DNA of 64,000 bases from Octopus sinensis (lineage: Eukaryota). Positions 25,286 through 34,775 of the stretch are shown one piece after another (within the stretch, counting starts at the first letter, position 1; each line of letters begins with the position of its first letter). Made by a program: the position numbers and the translations under genes. The DNA is taken from positions 372,001 through 436,000 of the forward strand of contig NW_021832232.1 in NCBI RefSeq assembly GCF_006345805.1. The letters run 5' to 3'. Under the pieces are notes generated by a model. It was given only the letters and a program-made list of their open reading frames with translations. It searched no databases and was not told where the DNA came from.

Positions 25286-26129
25286 GAAATCCGTTATTAG
25301 TCCCGATAAGTTCAGAAATTTTAATATTCAACGAACGTATAGTATGATATGAGTCATTGGACTTGTTTTTCTTCAGGGCATCCCGTTCTTTGATAAGTGG
25401 TAGGATTTGTGATGATAATCTTGGATTAAACTTCTTGTATGAAGCGATAAGTATAAATAATTTATCGGCTTGCAAAATGATAGTAGACAGGATCTTGGCC
25501 GTCCTTTCCACCGTGCAATTTTTCATAGAGAGATCGAGCAAGCAGTCGTCCACATACAACCCGAAACCATGCCAGTTAGCCTTTGAGTAATTTTTGAACT
25601 TTGTAGGACGGCACGTTGAACAGAAAGGCCTTCTAAGTCTCAGTACAATGAGGTTATGGTCGCTCGAGAAACCATAACGAAGATTCCACGAGATATATCC
25701 AGCCAAGGATGGAGTGCAGAGAGACAGGTCCGGGGATGTCGGGCTGTCTCTTCTGCGGGTTGGTGTCCTTGTATGAGCGTATGGGTCGTTTAGGATAGTC
25801 AACTTATTGAGTACGGAAAGGATGTACTCGCCGCGAATGTCGGCCGGTCGAGACCGGAGCCAGAGCGGATGCTTGGCATTTAGGTCGCCACATAGGGAGC
25901 GTAACTCGAAGACCTTACTTCGGACTCCATTGACATTCAGTTGTAGAATAACCAGAGAATCGGGCCCCGGATTCGGTTCCACGTCGCCAGCCAGATGTAT
26001 GAAAGAGAGGGGAAATTGGAAGGCCACTCCTCCCAAAGTCGTGGGGGGGGAGGAGAAGGTCGAACGGTTCTTTTTCATGCAGAATATGCACTGGGTGCCA
26101 CCACAACGACAGGTGAACCGCATGCTCCC
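25286..26129 (-). mobile_element. Ingi/L1Tc-like LINE 5' part: 2A peptide plus internally deleted AP endonuclease
   Basis: ORF 25251-26186: GDVEPNPGP followed by VILQLNVNG, GDLNAKHPLW, SPDLSL, SSDHNLI, NYSKANW; residues between ELRSL and CGDLNA are missing relative to a typical APE. Confidence 0.85.
26065..26129 (-). ncRNA. Putative (decayed) HDV-like self-cleaving ribozyme at the LINE 5' end
   Basis: Transcript GGGAGCA-UG-CGGUUC-ACC-UGUCGUUGU-GGU-GGCACCC-A-GUGCA-UAUUC-UGCAU-GAAAAA-GAACCG gives helix order P1-P2-P3-P3'-P1'-P4-P4'-P2'; P1 5/7, P2 6/6, P3 3/3, P4 5/5; the catalytic C is absent. Confidence 0.5.
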
Positions 26130-26149
26130 ACTGTTAAGTCTAATCATTC

Positions 26150-26508
26150 TAATTAAATCTTTTAGTATCTCACTAAGTAATCCCAATATTGAGGAAACAC
26201 CCTAAAATTTACTTTATTGATAAGGAAATTATTGAAAGCTTCAAAAGTGTTTTTTTTGAAGAACAATAAAGTTTAAATAGCATTCAAGGCATAGTTTATA
26301 TTTGATATTTAACAGTCTAAGACAGCGGTTCTCAACCGTGATCCTCAGAAAATTTTCAGTGGTCCCCGGGAATTTTAAAAAATAAAAATATATTAAAACT
26401 AGAAAAGTTAATTAAACCAGCGGCTCTGGAAATTGCTCTGATGATAATCAAACACCTGGAAAATTTTAAGACAAAATTTTATGATTATTTTCCTGTTGAA
26501 GATCCAAT
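26150..26508 (+). repeat. Dispersed copy of the 32990-33091 / 34157-34415 segment, including the left part of the hAT MITE
   Basis: Colinear at roughly 94 percent identity by eye and lacks the 33092-34095 LINE. Confidence 0.85.
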
Positions 26509-29386
26509 TACAAAACATTGTATGATACGCGAATAGTAGGTTTGGTTTGAAAAAAGGTCATTTTTAAAAAAGGATAACTTTTTCGCTTAGCGGAGAACTC
26601 CTCAAGCTAAGTTTTGAAAATGGATGAACAGACTCTAGATTCCTTTTTAACTTTGCCGGTTTAAGTGAATTATTGTTAAGAATACTATAACAAATCATCA
26701 TTGAACCTTATCATAATTGTTATCAGAAGATCGATATTTTGTGAATCTATATTGAACAATCGTTTCTTATCAGACGTTAAACGCGTGATTAAAGTGGACA
26801 GAAAATTTATTTTTATATTTGGAGCATCTTTATGAAAAAGAAACAGAGACTACATTAAAAAATATATTGCAAATATAAAATTTTGGGAACTCGTCGAGAA
26901 ACGCTGCCATAGATCCAAAAGATTAATCTGGAAAGATATTTTATTCAAAAGGATCTCGAAAATTGTGATAAATCGTTACGTTTAATATTAATACAATAAA
27001 GTTCAATTTTGTTTAAAATGACATAATACCCTCCTTGCAATGAATAATATCTATATTTCTTCTTTGGAATTGAATATCAAGTTTGTTTAACTTTTTAAAT
27101 ATATCAACCAAATAAAATATATCGGCTTTTGCACTAATAAATTGTTCAGTGAAACTTTTATTGTCCAATAATAAAACTATTGAGTCCCAAAGAGAAACAA
27201 ACTCCGTTCACTCTTGTGTGTCACAGACACCAATCCACTTCCTAATTAGTATCTTGAGAAATATAATCTTTCTTCATTTTCTGGTTTTAGATGTACCCGA
27301 TGATTTACCAGAATTCATATACATTCTGATCAATAATCTCAAACCCAATGATTCCATTTCGACAACCCCTATGTAATAATTGTATAACAATAGGTCATGT
27401 TCATTGATGGCTTTAAACAAGTTGACTGAATTCAATTTGGTTCAATTTCCTGCATTCAAAAAAAAGTTTTCATTGATTTAATTGAGAAATATTGTCCTTG
27501 AACAAATGTGCCAATTAACAGCTGTGTACATAATCATATAAAATCAAAGGTTACAACAGGTGTGTAAAAGAATATAAAAACCCTGAAAAAAAAGTGTAGA
27601 AAATGTTTTTACTGGCGATTTTATTAATGGCATGGACAGAGGAAGGTAGTTACTCACCAATAAATCCAGGGGGTCAAATGTGCCTCAATTCAAAGTGCTA
27701 CACCTTGTTCAAACATAAAATGGGTTTTTTCGACGCTGAAAAGTATTGTCGATCTATTGGAGGAGACTTGGCAGTTGTCCCGGATTCTAAAACCAACAAA
27801 TTTCTCGTTGGTTTGTAGTTCTGAGACTATGATGCAAAGATAATTTCTATAGACCATACTACAACTACATTTATATAGGAATAAATGACATAAAAAGAGA
27901 AGGCCAGTTCATTAACAGTTACGGACATCAACAAGTGTGCTGAATTATTTATTTGTCAGAAATATTTTAGCTGGCATAAAGGACAACCAAGTAATAATAA
28001 CGGAAATGAGAACTGCGTTCACATGTACCACACCAATGGGGAATGGAACGACAATACTTGTTCAACAAAAATGGCATTTTTATGCGAATTCCCTGGTTAT
28101 ACTTTGTTTTTAATTTCAGAACACAACATCTGTCTCGATAAAAAATGCTATTCCCTCGAGAAAGAATATCCTGAAAAATATTCAGATGCCCGTCATTATT
28201 GTCGTAACATTGGTGGGGATTTGGCCGTCATTGATACACCAGAAATAAATAAATTTATACTTGGTTTCTACTCGCATACTCACTTTTAGACAAATTTCTT
28301 ACACCAAAAAAAGTTCCACGTGCATATTTTAATCTCAACAAGTTTCATTATACTGGAAAAGATTTTCAAGATTTGTACGACAGCAGACAAATGATTTTTG
28401 CAGATCCTGCTTTAAAATTTCGTAAACTTCAAACCTGATTTTTTAGAAAACAATTTTAACAAATGTGCAACTATTTTGGGGAATAATGGAATAATGGAAA
28501 TACATGACTGCGACGAAAATTTACCCTTTCTTTGTGAATGGCCAGGTTATTATGCCTACATTCATATTTAGTTCCAACTCTCCAGTGCACAGCACATTAA
28601 ACCTGAGACAATAACTAACCATTCTAACACTAACAAACAATAATTTAAATTGTTTAACTTTGTCAATACATTTCTGTTTTTATAACACTAAGTTTTGTTC
28701 AAAACGGTTAAAGTTTGATTAAAAAGAATAGATTATTAATTTGACATTCACTCCGGTGTCCTATATTCTGTCCATCTACTGGATTCAATACTCAATCGTT
28801 CCCCGCTTCTGAGAATATCTCGAAACATCGAGAGAATAATGTTCAAAAAACGATAGATAGCATCTTATTAATACAAAAACAGGGATTCTATTCAATAATG
28901 ATTGTTTCTTAAGCATTTAGTCATTGATTATTAAGCTATGGAGTCAAAAAGCACTCAATATAATTTTCCTTTTATTTTGAAACAAATTCTGGTATTTTAA
29001 ATCCTATAATTTATTACCAGAAAAATGTTTGTCTAATATTTGACCTCAATCGATCGACATAATCGTACTCGGGGAATCATTGCTTATAAAAATCATCCTT
29101 TTCTAACAACAGTCGCTGATGCATGGGCATCCAACAAACCACCAACTCATCCTTGGCTTTTGTTTAAAAATACTAAATTCAAGCAGCCACAACTGTAAAG
29201 ATCTTATTTAAAGGTCATTTCAGTAAGTTTTTGAGCAATGCTATCAATGGGGTTTAGACATGCTAAATATTATTATTTAATTTGTGAAAAAATTAATTTT
29301 TAATAAATTTTACTGTCATTGGTGCCACCAAAAATCAAATTTAGTTGGAGCCTAATATCGGAAATAGTGCCTGATACTTCTTGCAA
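26509..29386 (+). repeat. Segmental duplication unit 2
   Basis: Matches 20401-25285 without the insertions; both units end at cctgatacttcttgcaa. Confidence 0.9.
27603..28600 (+). CDS. Secreted two-domain C-type lectin, copy 2
   Basis: Same exon structure as copy 1; by eye 3 amino-acid and 4 synonymous differences. Confidence 0.88.
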
Positions 29387-29779
29387 AAGTTTCTTTTTTC
29401 GATCAATTTCATCTCGTTTAAGATTAATTTCCTTCAAATTTACAAACAAAAATTTACGGAATCGACTTTTCGGTTGCAGGTTGACATTTTTTCTGCAATT
29501 ATTTTCGAATTAATAAAATATTTTTCCAACTCGTTACAGTCTTCCAGGATTAGTGTGACTAATTTTTCCAGAACTTTAAATAAATATGAAAAATAATAAC
29601 CACTCACTACTTGGTCGTGATTGTCACAGTAATCACATCTTGTAATTAAAGAAAATAATTTCTAAGGGTATAATCACAACTAAAAACTATATAAGAATCC
29701 TGCAGCCTGTCGAACACAACATCCATGTTGTTTTTCAAAATATTTTATATGAATATATTATTTTAATATAATTAACAAA

Positions 29780-29929
29780 TTTTTTTTTTTTTTTTCCATT
29801 AAAAATTTTTTTTTTTTTTTTTTAATTATTGAAATAAGTTAGTCAATGATTAAAAGGCACTTGCGGTTGCACGCATGATGGAGTGTGCATTGCCGCGAAC
29901 GACAGCTATTCCAATTTGTTGGAATAACC
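29780..29929 (-). mobile_element. CRE-clade extreme 3' fragment with poly(A) tail
   Basis: Minus strand WLFQQIGIAVVRGNAHSIMRATASAF*; poly(T) tracts at 29780-29823 on the + strand. Confidence 0.8.
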
Positions 29930-30064
29930 ATGAGGTTATTAGGATTTTGGTTGCTTAAAATTTAGGACTTTTTTTTGCAGGCTATGCTAGCATTTGGAAC
30001 CCAGAAAAAAGAAATATCTCGCCTCGAGAAGAATTATTTAATCTATTTTCAAAGGTATTCAAAA
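29930..30064 (+). repeat. 135-bp exact copy of 30539-30673
   Basis: Identical by eye, offset 609 bp; contains intron, exon and part of the next intron of the downstream gene. Confidence 0.9.
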
Positions 30065-30322
30065 TTAGAAAAAAACAAAAAACTTTTTTGTATTGTTAAT
30101 AACTTATAGGATTCAAAAGCTCATTTGATAAAAATAATTTGAAGGTTTTCATGAGATTATATAAAGTCTTGATTTCTTAACTTCGAAATTTTTAGAAAAT
30201 TATTAATTTTTAATATTTTATTAAACTTTTTATGTATTTGTTAAAAATTTGAAAATTAATAATATATTGGAGGCAATAACTTTTCTTTTGTTGTGCTGTG
30301 TGGGTTGACATTACTTCATAAG

Positions 30323-32840
30323 ATGACAAAACGTAAAATATACACAATTTTATCATCCGAAAGCAACAATGATGAATATTCTGGTAAAATTTTAAAATTA
30401 ATTATTTAGAATTAATCCAAAGCAGAGCTAAGATAGAGAGACTAAATCGAAGATGCTCCAAACAGAAAAGAATAATATCCAGTCTTATTAAAGACAAAGA
30501 GGAACTACTCAAACAAATATGTGAATTTGAGACCAGAAATGAGGTTATTAGGATTTTGGTTGCTTAAAATTTAGGACTTTTTTTTGCAGGCTATGCTAGC
30601 ATTTGGAACCCAGAAAAAAGAAATATCTCGCCTCGAGAAGAATTATTTAATCTATTTTCAAAGGTATTCAAAACCTCAGTCAACTTTAGCCAAAAATTTA
30701 ATCTAAATCTCCACAAAATACACCAAGATACAAATGATTCAGATTCCGACAACCAAAGTGATTCTTTTAGTTATAAATTGTAGTTATAAATGAAAAGAAG
30801 GAGAAAGATCTGTTTCAAACGAGTCAAAAGAAGTGGAAACAGACGACAAAGAAGCTGAAATTATGAATTTACCACTTTCGAAAGAAATTGACGACAAAAA
30901 ATCGCCAGTTCAACAACAAACTAAAAAGAAAACAGAAAAGGTAAACATCCACACATATTTATATCTAGAAAGTACCGAAAACATCTACTCGGATTCCAAA
31001 GGTATTATTATTAGATATTTATATTATTTTTTCCTATTCATTTTTATGTTTATAGAAAAAAACGACACTCAAAACATCAGTATTTGAGGTTATATTATTT
31101 TTAGCCTAAGAAACCTTCCCCTGCTAGTGATTCTTACAATGTCAGTATTCCTCACATTTCAAATGTTGTCTAAATTATTGGTTATTTTAGGAAAAACTTG
31201 GCAAGTCTTTAAAACAGTCTGAATCTAGTACATTGGTTTTTTCACCAGTAAAAACACGGAATCAGAGGAGAAAGATTTTGGCCAGTGATCTTTCTTCCGT
31301 TTCTGAACGTTCAATTTCACCAAAACCCAAACAACGGACGCTCAAAAATTCCTGTTCAATGAAAGTTACAGCAAATAACAATAAAACGACAAAAAGTGTG
31401 AAAACGACCTCAAAAAAGAGTAAGAAGTCGACGATAAAAATACCATCGCCGACTCAAAGTGTCGACGAGACAAGTGTTGGTTCAAAAACAGCGAAATCAC
31501 CCGAAATTACACCAGAAAGTGCAGCCGATACGATTAGTAAGGACATGGATGAAAATGCAGTTAATTTAGCATCTCCCTTGCTATTTAAAGACCAGTCCAC
31601 TATTAAATTGAACTCGCAGGATACACAGGTCATTTGGAGTGATCATTCTAGAATGCTGTCCCCTCAGCGGATATTGCCACTACTCCTGAATCAAAAAACG
31701 TTACATCGTTGGAAAGATCTTCCGGCCATGGTGTCACTTCAGCGGATATTACCACTTCTGAATCAAAAAACGTTACATCGTTGGAAAGATCTTCTGACCA
31801 TGGTGTCCCCTCAGTGGTTATTATCACTCCTGAATCAAAAAATGTTACATCTTCGGAAAGAATTTCCGACCAAAGTGACTTGAGTGAATGTAAATCACAC
31901 AATTCAACTGTAAAAATCACTTCTACATATAATGTAAATTTGCCGGAAAAGAAATCATTCGTGGAACAAGTGGCAGATTCGATTGTGGATTCAGAACAGT
32001 TTATTTCATCAGGGAAAACTAACTATGGCACGACGGAATCCCCACCTTCTGTTATAGAAAAGCCTTTTTTGATGAAATCAGGATTATCATTCTCTAAGGA
32101 CATGCTTGAGTCTACTCGTGTGGATATGTGGCCTCAAAAGAAAAAGAGTTCTTTGAGCAAAGCAGATTCAAGTGTAAATACATCTCAGTCTAAAAGATCA
32201 AAATCTGATTTGAATAAAAGTTCGTCTCGTTCCACGAAAACGGGAGATTTCACTTTTAAAAGCCGCCCTGTTTTAAAAGAAAGTTCAAACTTGACTATCC
32301 CTATCAAAAAATATCCGACTGAAGTCCCTTATAAGGCTAAACATGTGAAGGAGGAAGTCCCGATTGAAATAAAAGTTCCAAAATCTTCAACAGAACCATC
32401 GAGTTTATCTCAGATCCCTTCCAAGTTTTCGTCAACAAAAAGAGAATCAAATTCATCTGAATTATTTGGGAAGTTGGAGAGTTCTTCTATTGAGGATGAT
32501 TTGATATCTTTTCGTAAAAAAGTTTCGAAAAATGACTCTGTTCTCAGGGTTGCCCCGACAAGTTCGGATTATTCTTCGTATTTTTTTGACTGAAATTTTT
32601 ATAGAATTCTGAGTTCCAAAGTGAGAGGTTCGTCAAACATAGCTGAGACTAAAAATTTTCCTACAATTGAGAGAGCTCCGTTTGCAGCACCAGTTTTAAA
32701 GGTTTCTTGTGGTTTTATTAGTTTAGGCAAGTAATCCCTGTCGTACTCGAGTTGTGAAACGGGATAATAATGCTCGAACTCGTATAGTAAAGAAACGAGA
32801 AATGAAGGATTCGATAACGTTCGCGAAAAGAAAAGATTAA
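30323..32840 (+). CDS. Uncharacterised Ser/Lys-rich protein with N-terminal coiled coil
   Basis: Continuous frame through about 11 GT-AG introns (e.g. 23 nt at 31629-31651 joins ORFs 31233 and 31709); no recognisable domain. Confidence 0.7.
31652..31870 (+). repeat. Coding tandem repeat, 3 units of about 72-75 nt
   Basis: Unit about V(P/T)S(A/V)(D/V)I.T(P/S)ESKNVTS(L/S)ERSS.HG. Confidence 0.85.
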
Positions 32841-33091
32841 TCTAATGTTTCCTTTGTTTTATGAGTTGATTCTGGTTATTATTTTTAATATCTTTTCCTG
32901 TATTTATGTGAAAAATCAGCAAAAGATTCAACTTATGTTAAATATGTGAGAGAAAGGAATCCAACATTATCAATTATTTATTTCTGAAAATTAAATCTTT
33001 TAGTATCTCACTAAGTAATCCCAAGATTGAGGAAACGCCCTAAAATTTACTTTTTTGATAAGGAAATTATTGAAAGCTTCAAAGGTGTTTT

Positions 33092-34095
33092 ATTTATTTA
33101 TTAACTCCAAGGTCACCAAGAAAGATAGGTCAGAACTAATTAGGTGATCCCGGCCTCCAACAACAGCCGGACTTTCCTTGCATGATCTTCTGATGACCCA
33201 ACCGTAACCCGGAAACGCCTTCTCTTCCTTCTGCAGAGGAACTCAATGGAGTGCATTTCTTTATAACCGACCGAAATTCCTCTGCATGGGCCACCTTTTC
33301 CTTAAATGGGTTTCCCAGTTCCTTGCAGAAACGTAGGAAACCCTGTCCACTTGAATGGTCAGTGTGGAGCATAATCTTCCTTCTGAGTGAGTTCGAACGT
33401 TTCGTTCGAACCAAGCAATTGAAAAGCTCCAGGATGGTCTCCAATGAATAGCTTCCGGTCAATACTTGAATCTTCTATCAGTATTGAAGAGGGTGAATTG
33501 GGATTTAGATGCAGACACACACAACATATTTGCAGATAGCCAATCACATACACGGTTGAGGTGTGACTGGACCATTGCAACATCCACAGAAGGAGATTTA
33601 TCTCTTGCAGCGATAATCAGGTCGTCCGCATAAGAAAATAATGTCTGGGTCATTAGTGATAGGTAGGTCATGTAGAAATACGTTAAAAGAAGGAAAGATA
33701 AAGGGGAGCCTTGTGGGACACCATTTGGTAGTAGTCTTGATCTTGAAGTAGTATTGTCAATACGGACCCTTCCGCGTCGGCCAGTTAAGAAATTTTCCAA
33801 CCACAGTTTGATGTTCGGATGTAAGTTCAAATCAAATATCTTCCGCGTTAGGAGTTTCCTCGGGACAGAATCAAAGGCCTTTTGTATATCGATGGATACT
33901 AAGGCCGTCCGTAGGTGTGTTCCCATGTTGAAACCGTCAGTAATAAACTGGGAGACAGAACACAAATGGGTCATTGTAGAACGGCCTGGTCTGAAACCGT
34001 GCTGAAATTCTGGCAGTTGTAGAACAGGAGAGATTCGCGTTAATACAAGCTTTTCCAATACTTTCGATAAGATACAAGTTATTGAGATTGGGCGG
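33092..34095 (-). mobile_element. 5'-truncated APE-type LINE (RT and C-terminus) with 61-bp TSD
   Basis: RPISITCILSKVLEK, QHGFRPGRST, DIQKAFDSV, GVPQGSPLS, YADDL, LRLGH; (taaa)n tail; identical direct repeats 33031-33091 and 34096-34156. Confidence 0.9.
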
Positions 34096-34225
34096 GGAAA
34101 CGCCCTAAAATTTACTTTTTTGATAAGGAAATTATTGAAAGCTTCAAAGGTGTTTTCTTTGAAGAACAATAAAGTTTAAATAGCATTTGAGGCATAGTTT
34201 ATATTTGATATTTAACAGTCTAAGA

Positions 34226-34712
34226 CAGCGGTTCTCAACCGTAATCCTCAGAAAATTTTCAGTGGTCTCGGGGAATTTTGAAAAAAATAAAAATATATTA
34301 AAACTAGAAAAGTTAATTAAACCAGCGGCTCTGAAAATTGCTCTAATCATAATCAAACACCTGGAAAATTTCAAGACAAAATTTTATGATTATATTTTCC
34401 TGTTGAAGATCCAATTCCAATCTGGATTTTAACCTTTCTCGATTTCATTTAAAGAATATCAGGAACTCAATTTTCACCAGAGCTTGATTGAACTTCCATG
34501 TAATCTCACCGAAATACTACTAAATTGTCTTTTATTTTGACAATTTTCATGTTATTTTTATATAATAAATAGTCGAACATGTCTAAACCTGCCCCTGACG
34601 AAGCCACAAATTGTGAGCTCGTAGCAAAAAATCCATTTCATTTAAGGTGGTCCCCACGAAATTTTATAGTGCAAAAGTGGTCCCCAGTCTAAAAAAAAGT
34701 TGAGAACTGCTG
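34226..34712. mobile_element. Non-autonomous hAT (Buster-type) element
   Basis: TIRs cagcggttctcaac / gttgagaactgctg; TSD gtctaaga / gtctaaaa; internal transposase C-terminal remnant. Confidence 0.85.
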
Positions 34713-34775
34713 GTCTAAAACGATCCTAGTAAGTTACGCAAACAAAAAATTATTTGAAAATGTAATAAGATTTAA

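Noticed and set aside
31652-31870. Tandem repeat as a possible CRISPR-like array
   Set aside because: Contiguous degenerate coding repeat with no unique spacers; eukaryotic context; no cas genes
31233-31883. Apparent frameshift or dual-frame coding between ORFs 31233 and 31709
   Set aside because: Explained by a 23-nt GT-AG intron at 31629-31651
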